Shown one piece after another: positions 28,753 through 36,388 of a stretch of 64,000 nucleotides of DNA. Source of the stretch: Dehalococcoidia bacterium (lineage in GTDB: Bacteria; Chloroflexota; Dehalococcoidia; Lucifugimonadales; CAJWER01). Every line of letters starts with the position of its first letter. Position 1 is the first letter of the stretch. A model generated the notes under the pieces. That model saw nothing but the letters and a program-made list of their open reading frames with translations. It did no database searches and was not told where the DNA came from. The translations under genes were made by a program, and so were the position numbers. The DNA is taken from the NCBI GenBank assembly GCA_965222445.1, contig CBDCTY010000002.1, positions 255,824 through 319,823 on the forward strand, written 5' to 3'.

Positions 28753-28847
28753 TAAGACGTGCTCATCGTGGTAGTGGTAGAGGTCGCCTTGCGCAACGAA
28801 TCGGCTTACCGGGGACGCTAGGGAGTCGCACTATCAATAGAGACGAA

Positions 28848-30935
28848 TTGGCGTATCGACTCGGCGCCGACATCGGCGGTACCTTCACCGACATAGTTCT
28901 CCTAGGCCCCGACGGCGCGTACCACACCAAGAAGGTGCCGTCCACGCCGGCCGACTACGCCGAGGGCATCCTCGACGGCGCGGAGCAGGCTCTCGCCGAG
29001 CACGGCGTCGACGAAGCGTCGGTACGCGAGGTTATACACGGCACCACGGTCGCCAGCAACACCGTCCTGGAGAACAAGGGCGCCAGGACCGCCCTGATCA
29101 CCACCCGCGGCTTCCGGGACGTGCTGGAGCTACGGCGTCTCAGGGTGCCGCACCTCTACAGCCTCTTCTACGAGCCTCCTACGCCCCTCGTTCCCAGGAG
29201 GCTGAGGCTCGAGGTCGAAGAGCGCATGGGCGCGGACGGCGAGGTGGTGAGGCCGCTCGACGAGGAGTCGGTCTACGCCGCCGTAGAACGCATACGGGCC
29301 GAGGGCGCCGACTCCATCGCCGTGTGCCTCCTCCACTCATACCGCAACGGCGATCACGAGCGGAGGGTCGGGGAGATCGTGCGAAAGGAGCTGCCGGACG
29401 TCTTCTGCTGCCTCTCCGTGGACGTGCTGGCGGAGATCCGCGAATACGAGCGGACCAGCACAACGGTCGTGAACGCCTACCTGGGCCCGATAGTCCAGGG
29501 CTACCTGAATTCCCTCTCGGACAAGGCGCGCTCGGCAGGGATAGCCGCGCCCCTGCGGATCATGCAGTCCAACGGCGGCGTGATGTCCCTGGACAGGGCC
29601 GCGGAGTCGCCTGTCCGCATCGTCGAGTCCGGTCCCGCCGCGGGCGTCGTGGCCGCGCAGCGCGTCGGTGAGCGCGTCGGGCTGGACAACGTCATCAGCT
29701 TCGACATGGGCGGCACGACCGCCAAGGCGTCGCTGATCGAGGACGGCAGCCTGAGCTGGACGACGGAGCACGAGATCGGAGCGGGCATATCCCTGTCCAG
29801 CCGCCTTGTGAAGGGCGGGGGCCACGCCGTAAAGGTGCCCGTAGTCGACCTGGCCGAGGTGGGCGCTGGCGGCGGCAGCATCGTCTGGATCGACCGCGGC
29901 GGCGCGCTCAGGGTCGGCCCTCGCAGCGCGGGCGCGGTGCCGGGCCCCGCCTGCTACGGGGCGGGCGGCAGCGAGCCGACGGTCACCGACGCCAACGTCG
30001 TGCTGGGCTACATCAGCCCCTCGGAGCTGGCCGGCGGCGCGGTGCGGCTCAGGCCCGACCTGTCGGCCAGCGCGCTCCAGGACAGGGTCGCTGGGCCTCT
30101 GGGTACCCCGCTGCTCGAAGCTGCCTACGGCGTACACGTCGTCGCCAACGTCACGATGATCAGGGCCATCCGCGCCGTGTCGACATACAGGGGCCGCGAC
30201 CCACGTGACTTCTCGCTCATCGCCTTCGGAGGCAGCGGCCCCGTGCACGCGGCGGAGATGGCCAGGTCCCTGGGCGTTCGCACGGTCGTCGTGCCGCCCG
30301 CGCCGGGGCTCCTGTCGGCCGTCGGGCTGCTCGAGGCCCTGCCCGAGTACCACTTCGTGCAGACCCACTTCGCTCCTGTGGACGGCGTCGACCCGGACGC
30401 CGTGAGCGACGCCTACGAGAGCATGGAAAACCGCGCCGTGCGCGACCTCACCCATGAGGGATACTCGTCCGACGACATCGAGACCCGACGCGCCGCCGAC
30501 CTGCGCTACGTCGGGCAGGCGTACGAGCTCACCGTCCCGTGTCCATCCGGCAGGCTAGACTCTGCCGCCCTGAGCGCGCTGGCCGAGACCTTCCACGACG
30601 AGCACAAGCGCACCTACGGCCACAAGGCCGGCGAAGAGCCGGTCGAGATCGTGAACCTCCGGCTCACGGCTATGGGCAGGGCGGGCCAGGTCTCGCCGAC
30701 CCGCCCCGGCGGCTCCGGCGCGGCCGAGCCGCAGCGCGAGGACCGCAGCGCCTACTTCGGCGCCGAGCATGGCCTCGTCACGACCCCGGTCATCGGGCGG
30801 GGCGGGCTGGGCAGCGCCCCGGCCCAGGGGCCGCTCATCGTCGAGGAGTACGACGCCACCACCGTCGTGCCCCCGAACTGCACCGCCAGGCTCGACGACG
30901 CCGGAAACATCGTCATAGAGGTCGACGCCAACTAG
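28848..30935 (+). CDS. hyuA: Hydantoinase/oxoprolinase family, A subunit
   Basis: AYRLGADIGGTFTDIVLLGPDG..., ISFDMGGTTAKASL. The track ORF start (28641) lies inside the MITE, so the TTG at 28848 is proposed as the start. Confidence 0.85.
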   Translation: MAYRLGADIGGTFTDIVLLGPDGAYHTKKVPSTPADYAEGILDGAEQALAEHGVDEASVREVIHGTTVASNTVLENKGARTALITTRGFRDVLELRRLRVPHLYSLFYEPPTPLVPRRLRLEVEERMGADGEVVRPLDEESVYAAVERIRAEGADSIAVCLLHSYRNGDHERRVGEIVRKELPDVFCCLSVDVLAEIREYERTSTTVVNAYLGPIVQGYLNSLSDKARSAGIAAPLRIMQSNGGVMSLDRAAESPVRIVESGPAAGVVAAQRVGERVGLDNVISFDMGGTTAKASLIEDGSLSWTTEHEIGAGISLSSRLVKGGGHAVKVPVVDLAEVGAGGGSIVWIDRGGALRVGPRSAGAVPGPACYGAGGSEPTVTDANVVLGYISPSELAGGAVRLRPDLSASALQDRVAGPLGTPLLEAAYGVHVVANVTMIRAIRAVSTYRGRDPRDFSLIAFGGSGPVHAAEMARSLGVRTVVVPPAPGLLSAVGLLEALPEYHFVQTHFAPVDGVDPDAVSDAYESMENRAVRDLTHEGYSSDDIETRRAADLRYVGQAYELTVPCPSGRLDSAALSALAETFHDEHKRTYGHKAGEEPVEIVNLRLTAMGRAGQVSPTRPGGSGAAEPQREDRSAYFGAEHGLVTTPVIGRGGLGSAPAQGPLIVEEYDATTVVPPNCTARLDDAGNIVIEVDAN

Positions 30936-30959
30936 CCATTGGCGGACGATACGGTATAA

Positions 30960-31082
30960 TACCAATTTGGCGTGATGCCGCCATATATGTGCGGCTAGGG
31001 AGTGGGTTCCCGCCCCCGACTGCTCGGGGGCAGGCTCTTCGCGGGAATGACGGCTTTACGGCGCGCTCAAAATAAATTGGTA
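30960..31082 (+). mobile_element. MITE-A, long form (123 bp), beta hairpin
   Basis: TACCAATTTGGCGTGATGCCGCCATATATG...CCCCCGA-CTGC-TCGGGGG...AAATTGGTA. Flanked by TAA (30957-30959) and TAA (31083-31085). Confidence 0.9.
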
Positions 31083-31115
31083 TAATCCTCTTTCACAAGC
31101 TGGAGGAGTCCACAC

Positions 31116-31667
31116 ATGGTCACCACAACGCGGCCAATGACGGCTGAAGCGCTGCTGGATATGCCGGGGGACGGCTTCCGATACGAGTTGATCAGGGGAG
31201 AGCTGAAGAAGATGCCGCCTACAGGGTACGCTCACGGCAAATACGAGCTCTCCATGGGCGCATCACTGGCCGCCCATGTCAAGGCCAATGGTCTGGGTGA
31301 TACTTGTGGGGGAGAGACCGGCTTCTTGCTGGAATCCAATCCAGACCATGTTCGCGCTCCTGACGTAGCCTTCGTCCGACGTGAGCGAGCCGAGGCAATT
31401 GGGGATGTGCCCGGATTCTTCCCCGGCGCCCCGGACCTTGCAATCGAAATCATCTCGCCCAACGACCGGTACAGCGAGGTCGAGGAGAAGGTCGAGGACT
31501 GGCTCGGAGCGGGGACCCTAGCGGTGATTGTCGTTGACCCCCGCAGGCGAAGCGTAAAGATAAGCCGCTCACTCATGGATGCCGTCGTACTGACGGAAGC
31601 GGACACACTCGCTGTCGAACACATCGTTCCCGGCTGGCGTATGCCGGTCAGGGACATCTTCGGGTAA
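31116..31667 (+). CDS. Uma2-family (DUF820) PD-(D/E)xK endonuclease
   Basis: 183 aa: FRYELIRGELKKMPP.GYAHG...APDVAFV...PDLAIEIISP. Paralog of 39929-40480. Sits between hyuA and hyuB. Confidence 0.8.
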   Translation: MVTTTRPMTAEALLDMPGDGFRYELIRGELKKMPPTGYAHGKYELSMGASLAAHVKANGLGDTCGGETGFLLESNPDHVRAPDVAFVRRERAEAIGDVPGFFPGAPDLAIEIISPNDRYSEVEEKVEDWLGAGTLAVIVVDPRRRSVKISRSLMDAVVLTEADTLAVEHIVPGWRMPVRDIFG

Positions 31668-31681
31668 CCCGGGGCCGCGAC

Positions 31682-33406
31682 ATGCTCCCCCGCGACATCG
31701 ATCCCATCACCTTCGAGGTCATCCGCAACGGACTCGACACCCTCGTCGACGAGATGGCCCTGACGGTCATGCGGACGGCGCACTCCGGCGTCGTCAAGGA
31801 CGCCATGGACTACTCGACGGCCTTCTGCGACCGCAACGGGCAGGTAGTCGCCCAGGGCCTCACCATCGTGTGCCACCTCGGCTCCTTCCCGGACGCGGTC
31901 GCGTCCGTGATCGAGAAGTACGGCGACACGATGGCCGAGGGCGACGTCTTCATCCTGAACGACCCCTACGGCTCCGGCGGCATACACCTGCCCGACATCT
32001 ATGTGATACAGCCCGTATTCGTGGACGGCGAGCCGGAGGGCTTCGCGGGCGTCATCGCGCACCATACGGACGTGGGGGGGATCGTTCCGGGGTCGAACTC
32101 GACCGACTCCACGGAGATATACCAGGAGGGACTGCGAATCCCGACCCTGCGGCTCTACGACCGCGGGGAGCCGGTCGAGGCCGTCTTCACGATCCTCGCC
32201 GCCAACGTGCGGGTGCCCGACAAGGTGCTGGGCGACCTGAGAGCACAGATCGCCGCGGCGCGGACCGGCGAGAGGGGGCTGGTGCGCCTCACGGACCGCT
32301 ACGGCGCGTCCTCCGTGCGCCGCTACATGGACGTGCTGATCGACCACTCCGAGCACCTGGCGCGGGAGGAGATCGAGGCCCTGCCGGACGGCACCTACCG
32401 CGCGACCGGCTACATCGACGCCGACAATGTGCCCGACGGCCCGCTGGTGCTACAGGTCGCAGTGACCATCGACGGCGACCGCGTCGTGGCCGACTTCGAG
32501 GGCTCGTCGAGCCAGATGAAGGCGGGGATCAACTCGCCGCTCCCCTTCACCAAGGCTGCGGTCTACGGCGCACTGCGGCTACTGATGGACCCCGGCATCC
32601 CCAACTCCGCCGGATACACGCGACTCATTGACGTGCGCACGCCCCTCGCCTCCGTGGTGAACCCGGTGCTGCCGGCAGCCTGCGGCGCAAGGGGCATAAC
32701 CGGCTTCAGGATCATGGACACGGTGCTCGCGGCCCTGGCCCAGGCAGTACCCGACAAAGTGCCCGCCGACGGCGAGGGCGGCAACACCATCATCAGCATC
32801 GGCGGACACGCGGCGACGGGCGGCTTCGCCTACGTCGACCTGTTCGCGGGCGCGCGCGGCGCAAGGCCCACCGGCGACGGGCCGGACGGCGTCGCCCACC
32901 CGGCCGCGAACATTTCGAACACCCCCGTCGAGATTGCCGAGGTCGAGTCGCCGGTCAGGATCGAGGAGTACGGCCTCCTGCCCGACTCCGGCGGCGCGGG
33001 CAAGTACCGGGGCGCTCTATCAGAGGTCAGGAGCGTCCGCTGCCTCGCCGACGAGGCGCTCCTGCAGCTCCGGTCGGACAAGCGCGCGCACCCGCCCTAC
33101 GGGCTGCAGGGAGGCTCGCCAGGCTCGCCCTCGTACAACATCCTCAACCCCGGCGACGGCCAGCGGCTCCTGGCCACCATGGGCACCGCGCCCATGCGCC
33201 ACGGCGACCTGATCCGGCACGAGCTGGCCAGCGGCGGCGGCTGGGGCGACCCCCTGGAGCGCGACCCGGCCATGGTCCTGGCCGACTTCCTCGACGAGAA
33301 GGTCACCGCCGACCACGCCCGCCAGGTCTACGGCGTCGTCATCGACCCGGACGCGCAGCAGGTGGACACGGAAGCGACGAAGCAGCTCCGCCAAGAGCTG
33401 CAATAG
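31682..33406 (+). CDS. hyuB: Hydantoinase B/oxoprolinase family protein
   Basis: DPITFEVIRNGLDTLVDEMALTVMRTAHS.VVKDAMDYS.AF. Typical HyuB N-terminus and length (574 aa). Confidence 0.85.
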   Translation: MLPRDIDPITFEVIRNGLDTLVDEMALTVMRTAHSGVVKDAMDYSTAFCDRNGQVVAQGLTIVCHLGSFPDAVASVIEKYGDTMAEGDVFILNDPYGSGGIHLPDIYVIQPVFVDGEPEGFAGVIAHHTDVGGIVPGSNSTDSTEIYQEGLRIPTLRLYDRGEPVEAVFTILAANVRVPDKVLGDLRAQIAAARTGERGLVRLTDRYGASSVRRYMDVLIDHSEHLAREEIEALPDGTYRATGYIDADNVPDGPLVLQVAVTIDGDRVVADFEGSSSQMKAGINSPLPFTKAAVYGALRLLMDPGIPNSAGYTRLIDVRTPLASVVNPVLPAACGARGITGFRIMDTVLAALAQAVPDKVPADGEGGNTIISIGGHAATGGFAYVDLFAGARGARPTGDGPDGVAHPAANISNTPVEIAEVESPVRIEEYGLLPDSGGAGKYRGALSEVRSVRCLADEALLQLRSDKRAHPPYGLQGGSPGSPSYNILNPGDGQRLLATMGTAPMRHGDLIRHELASGGGWGDPLERDPAMVLADFLDEKVTADHARQVYGVVIDPDAQQVDTEATKQLRQELQ

Positions 33407-33419
33407 CTCCGCCTCCGTC

Positions 33420-33439
33420 ATACCGGCGACAGCCGGTAT
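33420..33439 (-). repeat. Short core-type palindrome (reverse orientation) / terminator-like hairpin after hyuB
   Basis: GTCATACCGGC-GACA-GCCGGTATCCAG has an 8-bp stem and 4-nt loop. It is the reverse-complement analogue of the short module at 40894-40922, with compensatory A/T changes. Confidence 0.6.
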
Positions 33440-33541
33440 CCAGTCCCAGACCACATGCATGGCTGAGCCTGGGGTAGCCATACATTCCCTGGACATTTCG
33501 GCCAAATGAGCCTGGAATGACTTGGAAATGAAACAGGATAT

Positions 33542-33607
33542 TTGGTACTTTTTGTATGCGAATATTCGAAACTAACGTGAAATGACTTGGAAATGAGGCG
33601 TACATGG
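33542..33607 (+). promoter_or_regulatory. AT-rich conserved leader/promoter region upstream of fic (copy A)
   Basis: TTGGTACT...CGAAACTAACGTGAAATGACTTGGAAATGAGGCGTACATGG. About 66 nt alignable with 36633-36699. The 16-mer AATGACTTGGAAATGA also occurs at 33516-33531. Confidence 0.45.
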
Positions 33608-34827
33608 CCGTCAGTCGCTACTTCGTCCCACAGAGGTGGCTGCGCTACGATGGCGCGGCCATAACAGGGCCGCTAATCGAAGCCAAGACCGCCGCCGGCG
33701 TCCTGAACCGGCTGCCGTACCTGCCTCAGTGGATCGAGCAGGCCCACGAGGAGCAGCTGCGGTTGGAGGCGGTTGGCACCACGCGCATCGAGGGCGCCGA
33801 GTTCACCCAACGCGAACAGGACGAAGCCCTTGCGCCCGACGCATCCATGCGCACCGACCTGACCCGTTCGCAGCGGCAGCTTCGGGCAGCCAATACCGCC
33901 TACCGCTGGCTCCGCTCGCAGTCGGCAGACCGGCCAGTCACCCCGGGGCTGGTCCTGGACATACACCGGCGCATCGTTACAGGCTGCGACGACGATCACT
34001 GCGAGCCCGGCGCGCTTCGGCGCTCAGGGGCGAACGTTACCTTTGGCAATCCGGTCTGCCGAGGCGCAGAGGGAGGAGACGAGCTTGCCGACATATTCGA
34101 CGCTCTCTGCCGGGCCATTGCCGCAGGGTTCCGTGGGCACGACCCCATCATTCAGGCGATGGCAGCGCACTACCACATCGGCGCCATGCACCCCTTCGAC
34201 GACGGCAACGGGCGCACCGCCCGCGCGCTGGAGGCGTTCATGCTGCAGAAGGCCGGCGTCAACAATATGGTCATGGTCAGCCTGTCCAACTACTACTACG
34301 AGCACATGGAGGAGTATCTGGCAGCGTTGTACAACTCACGCAGCCGCGGCCATGACCTCACGCCCTTCCTGAGGTTTGCGTTGCCTGCGGTCGCGGAGAG
34401 GTGCAACGCGCTGGCCGCAGAGATCGTCACCCACAACAAGAGGGTGCTCTACCGCGAGTTCGCCCAATCACTGTTCGGACGCCTGCGCAACCCCCGCCGC
34501 CGAGCGCTGGCGGAGCGGCAGCTTAGGATCATCGAGGTCCTGCTGGACTCCGGGCCTGAGAGACCGTCTGACTCGTTGGCCAGAGTGCTGACACACTACG
34601 AAGACCTCAAGTATCCTGAACGCGCATTCGTGCGGGACCTATATGACCTGCTCCGCCTGTCCGCCATCACACTTAGCGGCAACCGCATCGCTGCAGATCT
34701 AGACTGGCCGCGGAAATTCTCAGAGTCCGAATTGCTCGAAAGGTACGAACGCATGCCGTCTGTGTCATCCGCCGGTAACCCCGCCGTGGCGGACCTTTCA
34801 TGGCTGCTCGGCCGACGCCGCCGATAG
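33604..34827 (+). CDS. Fic family protein (AMPylase-type motif, Fic_N-like inhibitory motif)
   Basis: Canonical HPFDDGNGRTARAL (HxFx[DE]GNGRxxR) and an N-terminal TTRIEG ([ST]xxxE[GN]) motif. Confidence 0.9.
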   Translation: MAVSRYFVPQRWLRYDGAAITGPLIEAKTAAGVLNRLPYLPQWIEQAHEEQLRLEAVGTTRIEGAEFTQREQDEALAPDASMRTDLTRSQRQLRAANTAYRWLRSQSADRPVTPGLVLDIHRRIVTGCDDDHCEPGALRRSGANVTFGNPVCRGAEGGDELADIFDALCRAIAAGFRGHDPIIQAMAAHYHIGAMHPFDDGNGRTARALEAFMLQKAGVNNMVMVSLSNYYYEHMEEYLAALYNSRSRGHDLTPFLRFALPAVAERCNALAAEIVTHNKRVLYREFAQSLFGRLRNPRRRALAERQLRIIEVLLDSGPERPSDSLARVLTHYEDLKYPERAFVRDLYDLLRLSAITLSGNRIAADLDWPRKFSESELLERYERMPSVSSAGNPAVADLSWLLGRRRR

Positions 34828-34874
34828 GCTCCAGTCCCATCCCGGCCTCCTTCCGCCAGGGGACAAGGGGCTTA

Positions 34875-34998
34875 TACCAAGTCACCGTGATGCCGCCGTA
34901 TATGTGCGGCAAGGGAGTGGGTTCCCGCCCCGTATCGAGTACGGGGCAGGCTCTTCGCGGGAATGACGGCTTTACGGCGCGCTCAAAATGAATTGGTA
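34875..34998 (+). mobile_element. MITE-A, long form (124 bp), alpha hairpin
   Basis: Near-identical to other long copies. Flanks are TTA (34872-34874) and TAA (34999-35001), discordant. Confidence 0.9.
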
Positions 34999-35012
34999 TA
35001 ATGTCGGGCTTC

Positions 35013-36260
35013 TTACCAGGGGGGTGAGCGGCCGGGGTGCATGGAGTCCAGGGGTGCTGCCGAGGGGTCCGGTCCGTACCAGTGCTCCTTGAGCTTTTCC
35101 CTGATCCTGCGCTCGGTGGGGGTGAGCTGGGGAGAGTTTCCAGTTTCCGGTTTTGAGTTTTTGGTGGAGGCCCGGGGCGATTCGTGGGGCGGCCCTACGA
35201 TCAATCTCATGCCAGACCTCTTGCGGGCGAGCCTGTCCTCGAGGTCGGTGTCGTCGAACGTCTGGTAGGCGTTTCCGTGGCCCACAATGAGGTCGGGGGA
35301 GATGTAATGAGAGACTCCGTCCTCGTCCACCTCGAACGGGCCCTGCTCGTCGAAGGCGTAGACGGCGCCGGTGATCTCATCGCGTGCGAACTTGCAGCGG
35401 GTTATGTGGCGCGAGTCGTAGTTGGCCCGTTCGATTTCCTCGATGGTGATGGGTGGGAAGTTCCTGGTTTTTGGTTTTGGGCTCACCGCTGAGGGCGCAG
35501 AGGGAGGGTTCTTGGTTTCTGGTTCTGGGTTTCTAGTGGAGACCGAGGGCGTTTCGGCCGAGGGGACGGGATGGGTTCCCGACTTCTCGGGAACGACGGA
35601 TAGGGAGCCGGGCTCGGGGTGAGCGGGGTTGGGATGGGAGCCACGCCCCGCGCCGCCCCTCTGGGTTCCCCGTATCGAGTACGGGGCAGGCTCTGCCTTC
35701 GCAGGAACGACGGGGGTGTTGTCGTTGGTGATGTAGCCGGATAGCTCTTTGGCGGCTTCCATGCGGTGGTGGGGCTTGAAGCCCAGGAGTGTGCCGTGCA
35801 TGACGCCGGCCAGGAAGTAGACGATGGAGCGGCCGTCGCCGGTCTCCTCGCGGACGAGCTGCTGAAGCCTGCGCCGGAAGGGGTTGGGTCCGCGAGAGAC
35901 GTCCTCGCTTCGCTCGGGCGGGCTGCTCTTTATGGGGGAGCGGCGCACGGGGAGCACGCTGGTGCCACGGTACGAAGGGCGGCACTGGGCGTTGTAGTAC
36001 TTCTGCAGGTACCTGGCGACGAGTCCGGGGGCGATCTTGTCGAGTCGCCTGGCGGCGGACATGCGGTGTCGGTCCTCGAAGCCCTCGAGGCTGCCGTCGG
36101 CGACGCCGAGGTAGAACTCGGCGATGAGGCGTCCGTTGTCGGTGACCTCGCGGACGATTTCCGCCATGGTGGGCGGTCTGTTCTGTTGTGTTGCCACGCT
36201 CATGTGTTCTAGTATATCAGGCGTGTCAAGGGGGGGGAAGGATTCACCCGGATTCCCCAC
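35013..36260 (-). CDS. Hypothetical protein with two tandem ~40-aa N-terminal repeats, repeat-derived low-complexity linker and unknown C-terminal domain (start uncertain)
   Basis: Internal repeat IVREVTDNGRLIAEFYLGVADGSLEGFEDRHRMSAARRL / LVREETGDGRSIVYFLAGVMHGTLLGFKPHHRMEAAKEL supports coding. The central part is encoded through two core modules (35568-35599, 35661-35713). Confidence 0.5.
   Translation of the reverse strand: MGNPGESFPPLDTPDILEHMSVATQQNRPPTMAEIVREVTDNGRLIAEFYLGVADGSLEGFEDRHRMSAARRLDKIAPGLVARYLQKYYNAQCRPSYRGTSVLPVRRSPIKSSPPERSEDVSRGPNPFRRRLQQLVREETGDGRSIVYFLAGVMHGTLLGFKPHHRMEAAKELSGYITNDNTPVVPAKAEPAPYSIRGTQRGGAGRGSHPNPAHPEPGSLSVVPEKSGTHPVPSAETPSVSTRNPEPETKNPPSAPSAVSPKPKTRNFPPITIEEIERANYDSRHITRCKFARDEITGAVYAFDEQGPFEVDEDGVSHYISPDLIVGHGNAYQTFDDTDLEDRLARKRSGMRLIVGPPHESPRASTKNSKPETGNSPQLTPTERRIREKLKEHWYGPDPSAAPLDSMHPGRSPPW
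35568..35599 (+). repeat. Solo short core module inside an ORF
   Basis: GGGATGGGTTCCCGA-CTTC-TCGGGAACGACGG (8-bp stem GTTCCCGA/TCGGGAAC). Confidence 0.7.
35661..35713 (+). repeat. Solo core module (alpha hairpin, degenerate outer stem) inside an ORF
   Basis: CTGGGTTCCCCGTATCGAGTACGGGGCAGGCTCTGCCTTCGCAGGAACGACGGG. Confidence 0.7.
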
Positions 36261-36388
36261 CTGATTTGCACGGGCGGCGTGACGGACTGCCTCTGAGGCT
36301 ATGGCTGTGCACCTTGCCGGGGATGAGTTCCCGCCCCCGACTGCTCGGGGGCAGGCTCTTCGCGGGAATGACGGAGGTGGGGAATTTG
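36249..36388 (+). mobile_element. Family-D TIR element (~140 bp) carrying a beta core module
   Basis: Termini GATTCCCCACCT (36251-36262) and AGGTGGGGAAT (36375-36385). 9-bp direct repeat GGATTCACC at 36240-36248 and 36389-36397. Homologous to 39501-39641. Confidence 0.75.

Larger units (their letters stand above)
28327..28821 (+). pseudogene. ParE/RelE-family toxin gene, frameshifted and split by a tandem MITE-A pair
   Basis: Frame 1 reads MRYLVEVSPAARRDLRRISPQYRSRVETAIHQLAHDPYP. A second frame from ~28467 reads PERYWRLRLGPLRIIYEV up to the MITE boundary. After the MITEs (28756-28821), DVLIVVVVEVALRNESAYRGR* resembles the family C-terminus. Confidence 0.6.
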
